DNA of 64,000 bases from Candidatus Kapaibacterium sp. (GCA_965140345.1 OZ223202.1:50093-114092), one strand, 5' to 3'. Positions 1 to 10,200 are shown, numbered from the stretch's first letter. Program-made: numbers and translations. The notes: generated by a model not told the origin, from the letters alone.

Positions 1-133
1 AGGATACCTAATTTCAGAACTCAAGAATAAATCATTTTTTCTGTATTTGGGTTGGTGAGAATAAAGATTGAAAATTACTGGAACACCTTCTATTAATAAT
101 GTTTCTGTCTTTTCCTCCGGTTCTTTCGGGAAA

Positions 134-733
134 TCAACTTTGTATGTTTTTTGGTGTTGGTTCAGGTATTTTATAAGTACCATCCGGTATATTTATAAAA
201 CTAAATGAGTTGAAATATCTCTCCTTAATCGCTAGAGAATTAGAATCCTGGTCATTAAAAATAAGAATCTGCATCATTGCATTATCTACTAAATATGTTT
301 CTGCGATTGCGTGAATATCACTTCCGGCAATGCTCCATTCTGACTTTATACCCTGATAACCATTTTTAGTTATAGGTTTATTTGAGATTTTTTTATATAA
401 TTCTTCTTCGTCAAAAGCAGTGAGGAAAGTATTTAGCAATTCATCTGATGAAGTCTCACTTCCTATTAATTGCAAAAATTCTTTTGGATACGACACGTGA
501 GAAAACTGGCATAAAAGATAAGAGTCTTCTTCTTCTATTTCAGCTTGCCAAATTCTGGTTATAATATTAAAACCCAAAGTCTCTACTGTATCAATTTCAA
601 ATATTGGTTCTATTGGCAAATCTACAGTAAAGTTATTTTCTTCCTTTTTGAGGGTGTACCAATCAGATTGTGAGAAAACTGAAGAGACAAGCAAGATAAA
701 TAAAGCACTTGTCAATATTAAGTATTTTAGCAT
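134..733 (-). CDS. Secreted hypothetical protein
   Basis: 199-aa ORF with N-terminal signal peptide; no family recognised with confidence. Confidence 0.6.
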   Translation of the reverse strand: MLKYLILTSALFILLVSSVFSQSDWYTLKKEENNFTVDLPIEPIFEIDTVETLGFNIITRIWQAEIEEEDSYLLCQFSHVSYPKEFLQLIGSETSSDELLNTFLTAFDEEELYKKISNKPITKNGYQGIKSEWSIAGSDIHAIAETYLVDNAMMQILIFNDQDSNSLAIKERYFNSFSFINIPDGTYKIPEPTPKNIQS

Positions 734-1031
734 CTACAACTGTCCAAGAAAATTTCGAAAAATGTAATTATAAGTGCTTCAAGATACACAATTCTTAGAA
801 ATCTACATTGTGAAATATTGATAAATATTGTTTTATTTTAAATATAAATTCGAAATTGATCTAGTTTTCTGATATGGAGAGATATCGAGTGGAATTAGAA
901 ATGCTGCCTTATTCCAGTTTTTTGTTAAGAATAACTGTCATAGAATCTTATAATCACAAATATATATATTCACTCCCCCCTATCATATTTATATATTCCT
1001 AAAAAGGATCAAAAACTTTAATAATTTTTGC

Positions 1032-1039
1032 TATCTTTG
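1032..1039 (+). promoter_or_regulatory. Bacteroidetes-type -7 promoter element (TAnnTTTG)
   Basis: TATCTTTG ~58 bp upstream of the OPT start; a similar TAACTTTG lies at 30699-30706 ahead of the 30748 ORF. Confidence 0.45.
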
Positions 1040-1096
1040 TGAATTCTGAAAAATTCTATTGTATAATCTATAAACTAATGCTATTGGAGATTTTTG

Positions 1097-3103
1097 ATGG
1101 ATAATCAACAACAAAGGTTGGGCGATTTACCTGAAAATGCCTACCGACCGTTGAAAGATGGTGAAGAGTACCATCCGGTTATGGCTGCTGATAAAGTCTT
1201 CCCTGAGGTGACACCTTGGTCTATCTTCTGGGGACTTTTAATGGCTGTAATCTTTTCTGCAGCTGCAGCTTATTCCGGTCTTAAAATTGGTCAGGTGATT
1301 GAAGCAGCAATTCCTATTTCTATTATTGCTGTAGGTGCTGCAACTTTCTTTAAAAAGAAAAACATGTTAGGTCAAAATGTTATCATTCAGTCTATTGGTG
1401 CAAGTTCGGGTGTGATCGTAGCAGGTGCTGTGTTTACTATTCCGGCACTTTACATTCTGAAACTTGAAGTTAGCTTTTGGCACATCTTTTTATCTTCACT
1501 AACTGGTGGCTTCCTGGGTATTTTATTCCTTATTCCTTTTAGAAAATACTTTGTAAAGGATATGCATGGTAAATTCCCGTTCCCTGAAGCTAAAGCGACT
1601 ACAGAAATCCTTATTACCGGTGAAAAAGGCGGCGCACAAGCAGGCGTTCTTATTGCTTCCGGTCTTATCGGCGGTATGTATGACTTCTTATTCTCTTCAG
1701 TAAAACTATTTGGTGAAAAATTCACGTCAAATATTTTGCCTTATGGTGAAATGGTTGCTGATAAATATAAAATGCTTTTCCAACTAAACATCAGTGCAAT
1801 GATTGTTGGTTTTGGCTATTTAGTAGGTCTTGAGTTCGCAACTATTATCGCTGTTGGTTCAATGCTTGCATGGTTTGTTTTCATTCCGTTAATCAATGAA
1901 ATTGGCAATATTATGGCTGCAGGTGGTGGCACAAATATCTTCGCAGCAATGTCAGCAGGTGAAATATTTGCTTCTTATGTGAGACCAATTGGTATTGGTG
2001 CAATTGCAACTGCAGGTATTATTGGTATTATCAAATCTTCTCCTGTTATTGGTTCTGCATTCAAATTAGCAGTAGGTGCAGGCAAAAAAGGTGATGACAC
2101 TACTGAAACAAGCAGTAATAGAGCTGATATGGATCTTAAAATGCCATTTATCATTATGTTCGCAGGGCTTACAATTGTAGGTGTGTTTATCTTCTTATTA
2201 AATGGATTTGATATTACTTTCTCTCAAGCAGTTGTAGCATTACTTACTGTTGTAATTATTTCATTCTTATTTACTTCAGTAGCTGCAAATGCAATTGCTA
2301 TCGTTGGTTCGAACCCTGTATCAGGTATGACTCTGATGACTTTGATTTTATCTTCTTTCATCTTAGTGCAAATGGGACTTTCAGGCGAAGCTGGTATGAC
2401 TTCTGTGCTTATTATTGGTGGTATCGTTTGTACTGCTCTTTCAATGGCAGGTGGTTTTATCACAGACTTAAAAATTGGTTATTGGCTGGGTTCCACTCCT
2501 GTTAAACAGCAAAGCTGGAAATTCCTGGGTACATTAGTATCTGCTGCTACAGTTGGTTTAGTAATCTTTATCCTGAACCAGGCTTATGGTTTTGTTGAAA
2601 CAGCTGCTACTCCTAATCCAATGCTTGCTCCACAAGCAAACGCAATGGCTGCAATCATTCAACCATTGATGGATCCAAACGCAAATATCAGCTGGATGCT
2701 TTATTTGGTTGGTGGTATTCTTGCAGTATTGCTTAATATGATTAAAATATCTCCTCTTGCCTTTGCATTGGGTATGTACTTGCCTTTAGAGCTAAACACT
2801 CCATTATTGGTTGGTGGTTTGATGGCTTACTTCTTACAAAAAGGTAAAGACAAGAAATTAGCAGAAGCAAGACACCAGAGAGCTACTTTGATTTCTTCAG
2901 GTTATATCGCAGGTGCTGCAATATTTGGTGTTGTTGGGGCAATATTACTATTCTTCGGTATTAATCTTGATGTACAAATCTTTACAGATGCGCAAGGTAA
3001 AATGGTTAACGAACATGGTGCTGAAATAGCTGCATTCATAGCATTTGCTGCATTAGTTGGATTTACTATCTGGTTATCTATGAAAGCTAAAGCTGACGAT
3101 TAA
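1097..3103 (+). CDS. OPT family oligopeptide transporter
   Basis: Polytopic membrane protein with OPT motifs (AYSGLKIG, FPEAKAT, SNPVSGMT, DLKIGYWLGSTP); GGAGA RBS before ATG 1097. Confidence 0.92.
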   Translation: MDNQQQRLGDLPENAYRPLKDGEEYHPVMAADKVFPEVTPWSIFWGLLMAVIFSAAAAYSGLKIGQVIEAAIPISIIAVGAATFFKKKNMLGQNVIIQSIGASSGVIVAGAVFTIPALYILKLEVSFWHIFLSSLTGGFLGILFLIPFRKYFVKDMHGKFPFPEAKATTEILITGEKGGAQAGVLIASGLIGGMYDFLFSSVKLFGEKFTSNILPYGEMVADKYKMLFQLNISAMIVGFGYLVGLEFATIIAVGSMLAWFVFIPLINEIGNIMAAGGGTNIFAAMSAGEIFASYVRPIGIGAIATAGIIGIIKSSPVIGSAFKLAVGAGKKGDDTTETSSNRADMDLKMPFIIMFAGLTIVGVFIFLLNGFDITFSQAVVALLTVVIISFLFTSVAANAIAIVGSNPVSGMTLMTLILSSFILVQMGLSGEAGMTSVLIIGGIVCTALSMAGGFITDLKIGYWLGSTPVKQQSWKFLGTLVSAATVGLVIFILNQAYGFVETAATPNPMLAPQANAMAAIIQPLMDPNANISWMLYLVGGILAVLLNMIKISPLAFALGMYLPLELNTPLLVGGLMAYFLQKGKDKKLAEARHQRATLISSGYIAGAAIFGVVGAILLFFGINLDVQIFTDAQGKMVNEHGAEIAAFIAFAALVGFTIWLSMKAKADD

Positions 3104-3130
3104 AAATAGCCTTTTAACAAGCTTTTTTAA

Positions 3131-3166
3131 AGGGAAGTCTCTAATTTGAGGGACTTCCTTTTTTTT
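3131..3166 (+). terminator. Rho-independent terminator after the OPT gene
   Basis: GGAAGTCTC...GGGACTTCC stem followed by a T run. Confidence 0.8.
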
Positions 3167-3249
3167 AAAAAGACAACGCTGAGTTCGTCTTCTTTACTTT
3201 AAAACTAGTTTCTGGATAAGTGTTAAAAGTTAATGCATGATCTTGTTAT

Positions 3250-3463
3250 TTAGAAAAGACCTAAAAAAGAGCCTACCTTAGTTAAAAAGGAGGCTTTTGC
3301 TTTATCTACACCATATGGAAGTTAAGTATTAATATTTAAGCCGCAGAAGACTGTTAAAGGTCTTGTAGGGCCATAAATATAACCTGCATCTCTACCCAAG
3401 CCTTTATCAAAATCATCCTGGAAGCTATTAATAATGTTTTGAACACATATAAATGCTTTTACA
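3250..3463 (-). repeat. Diverged copy of the TonB receptor 3' end plus terminator (partner at 7715-7951)
   Basis: Minus strand 3463-3322 encodes VKAFICVQNIINSFQDDFDKGLGRDAGYIYGPTRPLTVFCGLNINT*, matching the receptor C-terminus; the downstream ~80 nt are near-identical; no start codon. Confidence 0.9.
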
Positions 3464-3622
3464 GTATTTGTGATAAGAAATTGAGTTTTAGTATTCTCTG
3501 TTAATTATAGTCTGTGTTAATGTTATTTATGTTGATTCTAAAAATAGTACCAATGTTTAATATCAAAAAGCAGCAGATAGTTATTGCATAAGTTGAGATA
3601 TTGATTTATATTTATTTTCATT

Positions 3623-4204
3623 TTGTTAGCGAAGGTGAATTTGAAGCTTTTTATAAAAAATATGGTCTGTATTCGATGCAGAATGATAGTAAGTACCAAA
3701 TTGGAAAAACTAGGAATTCACTATAAAAATTTAGTATTGGGAGAAGTTGAAATAACAAGTCATATCTCCCAGGAGCAATTAGTTACTCTAGATTCCGATT
3801 TAAGAAAAGTTGGGCTGGAACTTATAAGTGACAAACGTGCGAAGATTATCGAAAAAATAAAGAGTATAATTATTGAGCAAATCCACTATTCTGAGGAAGA
3901 ACTAAAAATTAATTTCCCGGAACTCCTTAGTAAGCAGCTTAATTATAATTACAAATATCTTGCAAATCTTTTCTCAGAGATGCATGGAACCACAATAGAA
4001 AATTTTATTATTAAGCAAAAAATAGAGCGTGTTAAGGAGTTGCTTGTTTATAATGAGTTGAATCTTTCTGAAATTGCTTGGAAATTAAATTACAGCAGTG
4101 TGCAGCATCTTTCAAATCAATTTAAAAAAGTAACCGGATTAACCCCTACATTTTTTAAAAACATGAAAAATAAAAGACGAAATGACCTGAATAACATACA
4201 TTGA
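3623..4204 (+). CDS. AraC family transcriptional regulator with N-terminal CxxC (HMA-like) segment
   Basis: IKNMVCIRC N-terminus; C-terminal double HTH (LSEIAWKLNYSSVQHLSNQFKKVTGLTP); exact start uncertain. Confidence 0.9.
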   Translation: MLAKVNLKLFIKNMVCIRCRMIVSTKLEKLGIHYKNLVLGEVEITSHISQEQLVTLDSDLRKVGLELISDKRAKIIEKIKSIIIEQIHYSEEELKINFPELLSKQLNYNYKYLANLFSEMHGTTIENFIIKQKIERVKELLVYNELNLSEIAWKLNYSSVQHLSNQFKKVTGLTPTFFKNMKNKRRNDLNNIH

Positions 4205-4211
4205 CAGGACG

Positions 4212-4242
4212 AATTATAAACAAAATAGGGATAATTGTGTAA
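4212..4242 (+). promoter_or_regulatory. Putative AraC-type operator (direct half-sites 21 bp apart)
   Basis: AATTATAAA at 4212 and AATTGTGTAA at 4233; same arrangement at 4957/4978. Confidence 0.5.
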
Positions 4243-4325
4243 ACATTTATTACAAATAAAGCCCTATATTCCTAATGCGCAAATTCAAAAATGTATGCGT
4301 GTTTATAATTATGAAAGGAAATGTT

Positions 4326-4589
4326 ATGAAATTATATGTAGGGAATCTTCCCAATAGCATGACTGAAGAAGAATTAACTTCAGAGTTTAAAGGATTCGGA
4401 GAAATCCAGTCTTTAAAAATCATTACAGATAGAATAACAGGAAGCTCCCGAGGATTTGGTTTTATTGAAATGTCTGCTGATGATGCTGCTAAAGCAATTA
4501 AAGAAATGAACGATACGGAAATACAGGGAAGAAAGATATCTGTAAATGAAGCCAAAGACAGATCTGAAAACAGCAAAAGAATGTTTTAA
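4326..4589 (+). CDS. RRM (RNP-1) RNA-binding protein
   Basis: KLYVGNL (RNP2) and RGFGFIEM (RNP1); AAAGGA RBS before ATG 4326. Confidence 0.93.
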   Translation: MKLYVGNLPNSMTEEELTSEFKGFGEIQSLKIITDRITGSSRGFGFIEMSADDAAKAIKEMNDTEIQGRKISVNEAKDRSENSKRMF

Positions 4590-4608
4590 TATCTTTTAAA
4601 ATTTTATT

Positions 4609-4647
4609 AAACCTGACCAATCTAAGATAGATAGTCAGGTTTTTTTT
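4609..4647 (+). terminator. Rho-independent terminator
   Basis: AAACCTGAC...GTCAGGTTT stem followed by a T run. Confidence 0.8.
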
Positions 4648-4956
4648 ATTTCCAAAATACATCTCCAGAGATGATGATACTTGATTTGCAACTCTTAAAC
4701 CTCATATATGTTATAAAAACTTCAAAAATGCTTACTTCCTCTCTACATAGTGAAAGTGAACATTATCACTTATTCTGGTAAGTAAAGTTTACAAATTGTT
4801 TGATGCATAAGGGGCTTCATACCCATGCTATTAAACAATTTAACAACTATGCTACATTTTCTGATGACATTTTTGGGATGAAGAATATTGCTCGCAATAT
4901 CATTTCTAAAAAGAACTCAGAGTACTTATATTATATATTTATTATTGTTTTCTGTG

Positions 4957-4987
4957 AATTGTGTACATATTTACAAATATTGTGTAA
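4957..4987 (+). promoter_or_regulatory. Putative AraC-type operator (direct half-sites 21 bp apart)
   Basis: AATTGTGTAC at 4957 and TATTGTGTAA at 4978, upstream of the 5075 gene cluster. Confidence 0.55.
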
Positions 4988-5074
4988 CACTCAACTAATT
5001 AAATAATAGTATATTTACTATTAGAAATAATTTAGATAATTATATTTTAATATAAAATTCTAAGAGAGATTGCT

Positions 5075-5320
5075 ATGAAACAGGAAAAACAAAGCTCGAA
5101 ACAGGAAAAGCAGAATGCTGTTGACAACTTTTTTCTGGAAAAAGAAATCTGGGAAGAAAAAAAACAAAAACTTAGGGAGCGATTCCCAGAACTGACAGAT
5201 GAGGATTTGGATTTAGAAGAAGGAAATGAAGACGGATTAATGGAAAAAATTCATTCCAAGATTGGTGACCGAATTAGTAAAACAAAAGAAGGACTACATA
5301 AGTTCATCAAATCACTATAA
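5075..5320 (+). CDS. CsbD-like general stress protein
   Basis: WEEKKQKLRERFPELTDEDL...KTKE pattern typical of the CsbD/YjbJ family. Confidence 0.75.
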   Translation: MKQEKQSSKQEKQNAVDNFFLEKEIWEEKKQKLRERFPELTDEDLDLEEGNEDGLMEKIHSKIGDRISKTKEGLHKFIKSL

Positions 5321-5347
5321 CAACAATGAGCCGATAGGAGATTTACA

Positions 5348-5686
5348 ATGAGAAAAACAGATATTGAAAAATCCAAGGCACTGATAACAGTTGAGATTAT
5401 TGAATATGAACCTCATTCGGTGATAAGTAAAACAATAATCAATAAAACAACAGGAAAAGTAAATATCATGTCATTTGATATTGGCGAAGCTTTAGTCGAA
5501 AAAATTATTCCTTTTGACGCTTACGCGCAAATAATTGACGGAAAGGCGGAAATTATTATTGACAATATATCACATATTTTGGATATAGGTCAGTCGATTG
5601 TTATCCCCGCACATACGTCAAATGCTGTAAAAGCAAACGAAAGATTTAAAATGATTCTCACTATTATCAAAAGTGGATATGAATAA
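5348..5686 (+). CDS. Cupin domain protein
   Basis: QIIDGKAEI / GQSIVIPAH cupin motifs. Confidence 0.85.
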   Translation: MRKTDIEKSKALITVEIIEYEPHSVISKTIINKTTGKVNIMSFDIGEALVEKIIPFDAYAQIIDGKAEIIIDNISHILDIGQSIVIPAHTSNAVKANERFKMILTIIKSGYE

Positions 5687-5779
5687 TTCACTATATAACC
5701 TAAAGTTTTATTATGCTTAAAATCTAAATCTCTGTCTGATCAAAGAAGTGATTAAATTAATTTATAAAAAGGAATTGCC

Positions 5780-6670
5780 ATGCAAAACATCTTTTATATT
5801 GTCCCGGTTTTTGTCATCGTGATTATACTATTATCTGGTATTAGAATCATAAGACCAACACAAAGAGGCCTAACCGAAAGGCTTGGTAAATATGTCAAGT
5901 TTGCAAATCCGGGTTTCCATTGGATTATACCCGGAATAGATAAGATGTATAGAGTAAACATAACAGAATCAATGATTGATGCTGAACCACAAGAAATAAT
6001 AACAAATGACAATCTTAATGCACGGGTAGATGCACAGGTTTACTTTAGAGTGAAAAGCGACGAGGAAAGTGTAAAAAACTCGATTTATAATGTTAATAAC
6101 TATATTTATCAGATAGTTAATCTTGCAAGAACTACTTTGAGAAATATAATTGGAACCATGACCTTAAAGTCTGCCAACAGCGAAAGAGGTAAAATAAACG
6201 CCGGGCTACATAAAACGCTTCTAGAAGAAACAAAAACCTGGGGCATAGAAATCGTCCGAACAGAGCTAAAAGAAATTGATCCACCATCTGATGTTCAGGA
6301 AACTATGAATAAAGTAGTAAAAGCAGAGAATGAAAAAGTAGCTGCCGTGGATTTTGCATCTGCAAGGGAAACTGTAGCAGATGGTGAAAAAAGGGCTAAG
6401 ATAAAAGAAGCTGAAGGATATAGACAAGCAAAAATACTACATGCTGAGGGTGATGCAGCCTCTATTAAATTAGTAAATGAGGCGGCAGACAAATACTTTA
6501 TCGGTAACGCACAACTTTTGAAAAAACTTGAAACAGTTGAGACTTCTTTGCAAAACAATGCAAAAATAATTGTACCTCAGGGGGCGGAACTTGTAAACGT
6601 TATTGGTGAAATTGCAGGCGTTGCTCCGCTAAGAACTAACAGATCATCTATGATTGTAAATCGGGATTAA
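5780..6670 (+). CDS. SPFH/band 7 (stomatin/QmcA-like) protein
   Basis: N-terminal TM, ERLGK, ITNDN, WGIEIVRTELKEIDPP, coiled-coil AE repeats. Confidence 0.92.
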   Translation: MQNIFYIVPVFVIVIILLSGIRIIRPTQRGLTERLGKYVKFANPGFHWIIPGIDKMYRVNITESMIDAEPQEIITNDNLNARVDAQVYFRVKSDEESVKNSIYNVNNYIYQIVNLARTTLRNIIGTMTLKSANSERGKINAGLHKTLLEETKTWGIEIVRTELKEIDPPSDVQETMNKVVKAENEKVAAVDFASARETVADGEKRAKIKEAEGYRQAKILHAEGDAASIKLVNEAADKYFIGNAQLLKKLETVETSLQNNAKIIVPQGAELVNVIGEIAGVAPLRTNRSSMIVNRD

Positions 6671-6710
6671 TCTCAAATTGCATTTAAAACAAAAAGGAAG
6701 GATTAAGAAT

Positions 6711-7358
6711 ATGAAACATTATATCCAAACGTTGACCATAATTTGCTCTACATTGATAGCAGTATCAATTCTTTTTGCAGGGTGCTCATCTACAGGTATG
6801 GAACGCTCTAAAAATACAACCATGACAATGGAAAATATGGATAAAGATTTAAAAATTGTTATTGCACAATTAGACATCACCGGAGCTTCGCTCGAAGCTC
6901 TAATGCGACCAAATCAGCAGGAAATCAAAAAAACATATGATGCATTTAAAGAAAATGTATCAATAATGGAAAATAAAGAAAAAGACTTCATCATGCACGC
7001 CGAAGCAATGAAAAGTCGCGGAAAAGAATATTTTGCAGAATGGGAAAAGGAAGGCAATGAATATAAAAATCCACAAATCCAAGCTCTAAGCGAGCAGCGT
7101 CGGGATGAGTTGGGTGCTATATATAATGAAATATCTGTAAATAGTGTCGGTGTAAAAGAAGCCTACAGGATATATTTATCTGACATAAAAGAATTGCAGA
7201 TTTATCTTTCAAACGACCTTACTTCTAAAGGAATAGAGAGTATCGCACCTGTGTCTAAAAAAATCGTAAGAGATGGAGATAATCTGAAATATTCCCTGTC
7301 AAAACTACAAGCTGCAATCGATAAGGCAAGAGAAGAGATGACTCAAAGTGGCAGATAA
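6711..7358 (+). CDS. DUF2959-like coiled-coil lipoprotein
   Basis: Lipobox FAGC; YFAEWEKE and YLSNDL motifs; ATG 6711 after AGGA. Confidence 0.7.
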   Translation: MKHYIQTLTIICSTLIAVSILFAGCSSTGMERSKNTTMTMENMDKDLKIVIAQLDITGASLEALMRPNQQEIKKTYDAFKENVSIMENKEKDFIMHAEAMKSRGKEYFAEWEKEGNEYKNPQIQALSEQRRDELGAIYNEISVNSVGVKEAYRIYLSDIKELQIYLSNDLTSKGIESIAPVSKKIVRDGDNLKYSLSKLQAAIDKAREEMTQSGR

Positions 7359-7402
7359 TAACTTAAAATATGTAAATGAATTTCAAATAAAGAGAGTTCT
7401 TT

Positions 7403-7570
7403 ATGAATATTCTTCTTGTATACCGGAAGTCTCTGATATTTTCCGAAGCTCTAAGCATGCATTAAGATTCATAATAAAGAAAACAGCTTTCCTTCAATCA
7501 GGATTATAAGGCATTGATTTATAATATGTTAGAGTATTTACAACAGCTATTACTCCAATAAAATAGAAAT
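7403..7570 (+). pseudogene. 5' remnant of a B12-binding radical SAM (DUF4070-type) gene
   Basis: MNILLVY, frameshift, then EVSDIFRSSKHALRFIIKKTAFLQSGL*; resembles the family N-terminus MKILLVYPxxPDTFWSFKHALKFIxKKAAFPPLGL. Confidence 0.6.
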
Positions 7571-7728
7571 TCAATACATCCTGTTCCACTGTTTTGATGG
7601 AAGGCTCATAGATAGACTATATTTATACTAAGACTGCCGAATCAGGATATAGAATAGTTTTTGGCTGAAATTTAGCTTCTACAGAATCAGGCTGAAATTG
7701 ATTCTTATATATTCTTTAGAAAAGACCT

Positions 7729-7765
7729 AAAAAAAGAGCCTACTTTAGTTAAAAAGTAGGCTCTT
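7729..7765 (-). terminator. Terminator of the TonB receptor gene
   Basis: AAGAGCCTACTTT / AAAGTAGGCTCTT inverted repeat with an A run on the left. Confidence 0.8.
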
Positions 7766-7809
7766 GCTTTATCTACACCATATGGAAGTTAAGTATTAAT
7801 AGATAAAGT

Positions 7810-10200
7810 TTAAATACTTGTTTTTATGCCACAGAATATTGTGAATGGTCTGGTTGGACCATAAATATATCCTGCGTCTCTTTTTAATCCTTTATCAAAA
7901 TCATCCTGGAAGCTGTTCAGAATGTTTTGAACACCAACAAATGCTTTTACATTGTTCTCATGACTTAATTCTACTGTTACCTGAGCGTTTAACTCGAAGA
8001 AAGAAGGTGATTCTTCAAGTTTATCAAATTCTTTTAGTTCATCATCAATCATAAGATAAACGCCATAATGAGGAATAAGCATCGGCCCTGTCAATATACC
8101 TGATAGATTTAATTCTAACTCGTGAAGTGGTGCCCAATTATAAGAGAAGTATCCATACCAGTCCGGAGAGCGAAGCATGTCTGTGGTATAACCTGTTTGC
8201 CCGGGAGCAACTTCACCATCGTTCCACTGCTCAGGATCATCATATTTACTTGATTGAACTGTAAAACCGGTTTTGAAATCCATATCTTCATCAAATAGGA
8301 ATTGAAGTTCAATTGTTCCACCCTGTACAGTTGCTCCACCACCATTTCTTTTTTCTTCTATCATTACTTCTGCATCTTCGTCTGAAATTGCAACATTTAC
8401 AAACACATCATCTAAATGAGTGTTAAAGTATTCAACTGAAATAGAAGTAGGTATATTATTTAATTCGAAAGTATAATCAACTGATCCTCCAAAGCTTAGA
8501 GAGTATTCAGGTTTTAAGTCAGGCGCGTTGACGTGTACTAAAGCTTCTCCGGAAACTTGAGTAATATGCAGATCTTCATCAAATGCCTGAGGAGACCTAA
8601 AACCGGTAGAAAATGTAGCTCTGATATTCAAATCTTCCATCGCTTTATACATTATATTCGCTCTTGGGCTGATTACCATGTCTTCTATAAAGCTATGCTT
8701 GTCAAATCTGGAACCAAACAGGAATGAAAATTCATCAGTTATTGCCCAGTCATCCTGGATATAAATACCGTGATCTCTTGCAAATTGATCAATTGTACGG
8801 TCATAAGCAGGAGCTTTGTCTAAAATATCATCATACGTCAATTCATACCCCATAGTCCACACATGAGAACCTGCCAGCATCAAAGTATGAGTATATTGAA
8901 CACCTCCAACATAAGTTTCATTATCAGTAGTTCCATAAGCGTCATTGAAGTAATCTGAATTCATTTCACTTTTAGCACCATAGAATGTATTTCTGGTAGT
9001 TTGTTGGAATGATGTATAGATAGAAATTTTGTTTGAAGTACCTTCAAAGAACTTATCGTAAGTAATACCACCTGAAATAGTATTATGTCTGGCTGCTTCG
9101 GCAATATTAGCTCTGTGTGGAGGCAAATCAAACTGGTCACCACCTCTTCTATCATCTTTTATGGCGTGAAATTCTAAAGAGAATTTGCTCAGGTGATCCG
9201 GTTTGTAGAATAGTCTGCTACCAAATGTATTCATAGTTAATTCCGGTACTTCTGAGAATCCATCACCATTAGCATCCCAGTGAGTTCTATCTCTATATAA
9301 ACCAAAAACAAAAAGTCCTAAATCTTGAGCATCGTTAATTATGGAAGCATTCATCTGAGCTACAAAATCAGGTGTTGTGCCATCTGTGAATGATTGTGTC
9401 AGAGTTGCATTCATAGTGTTCTCTACCGGGTCTTTTGTAATGATATTAACAACACCACCAACTGCAGAACCGCCATAAAGAGCAGATCCACCACCACGAA
9501 CTACTTCAACTCTTTCTATCATATTTGCAGGTATCTGCTCTAAACCATAAACGCCGTTTAGTGCAGAAAATACTGGACGGCTGTCAATTAGTATTTGAGA
9601 ATATCTGCCTTCAAGACCATTAAGCTTAATTTCAGCAAAACCGCAGTTCTGACACATATTTTCGACTCTAAGGCCAGGCTGGAACTTAATACCGTCGTGA
9701 ATATTTGTAGACTGAGTATTTTCAAAAACTTCAGCACTCATTACTGATATTTTGACAGGAACATCCTGATATATTTTATCAGTTCTTGTAGCAGTTACAA
9801 CTACACTACCTGTGCGTAAGGCTTTATCATTCATTGTGAAGCCAACATGCACTTCATCAGCAAGAGCATCATTTACGATAACTTCCTGTTCTACAGGTTC
9901 TTTGCCGACGCATGTTATTTGTAAGGTATGAGTACCATAAGGTACTTTTTTCAAGTAAAATTCACCTTTGTGATCAACTTTACAACCAAGCGTAGTATTT
10001 TTAATTCTTACTGTTGCACCTATTACAGGCTTGCCTTTATCATCCTTCACAGTACCATGAATTCGATAAAGTTTATTACGCAATTCAGCAGGTACTGCTG
10101 ATTTTGCATTAGAGCTGTTAGAATTTTTAGTGTGAGCAAAACTAACAAATGAAAACAAAAAGAGTGAGAATACGATAGTTACCAAGCTACGTATTGACAT
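7810..10200 (-). CDS. TonB-dependent receptor with carboxypeptidase-regulatory-like N-domain, probably metal uptake
   Basis: Signal peptide, VVVTATR, CQNC motif, IERVEVVRGGGSALYG plug motif, barrel C-terminus; ATG 10200 preferred (AAAGGT RBS). Confidence 0.93.
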   Translation of the reverse strand: MSIRSLVTIVFSLFLFSFVSFAHTKNSNSSNAKSAVPAELRNKLYRIHGTVKDDKGKPVIGATVRIKNTTLGCKVDHKGEFYLKKVPYGTHTLQITCVGKEPVEQEVIVNDALADEVHVGFTMNDKALRTGSVVVTATRTDKIYQDVPVKISVMSAEVFENTQSTNIHDGIKFQPGLRVENMCQNCGFAEIKLNGLEGRYSQILIDSRPVFSALNGVYGLEQIPANMIERVEVVRGGGSALYGGSAVGGVVNIITKDPVENTMNATLTQSFTDGTTPDFVAQMNASIINDAQDLGLFVFGLYRDRTHWDANGDGFSEVPELTMNTFGSRLFYKPDHLSKFSLEFHAIKDDRRGGDQFDLPPHRANIAEAARHNTISGGITYDKFFEGTSNKISIYTSFQQTTRNTFYGAKSEMNSDYFNDAYGTTDNETYVGGVQYTHTLMLAGSHVWTMGYELTYDDILDKAPAYDRTIDQFARDHGIYIQDDWAITDEFSFLFGSRFDKHSFIEDMVISPRANIMYKAMEDLNIRATFSTGFRSPQAFDEDLHITQVSGEALVHVNAPDLKPEYSLSFGGSVDYTFELNNIPTSISVEYFNTHLDDVFVNVAISDEDAEVMIEEKRNGGGATVQGGTIELQFLFDEDMDFKTGFTVQSSKYDDPEQWNDGEVAPGQTGYTTDMLRSPDWYGYFSYNWAPLHELELNLSGILTGPMLIPHYGVYLMIDDELKEFDKLEESPSFFELNAQVTVELSHENNVKAFVGVQNILNSFQDDFDKGLKRDAGYIYGPTRPFTIFCGIKTSI

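Noticed and set aside
3322-3463. Diversity-generating retroelement template repeat for the TonB receptor C-terminus
   Set aside because: Differences are mostly synonymous third-position changes involving all bases, not adenine-specific, and no reverse transcriptase is in the window.
4800-5006. 68-aa ORF in the islet intergenic region
   Set aside because: No RBS or recognisable motif, and it overlaps the putative operator; likely spurious or decayed sequence.
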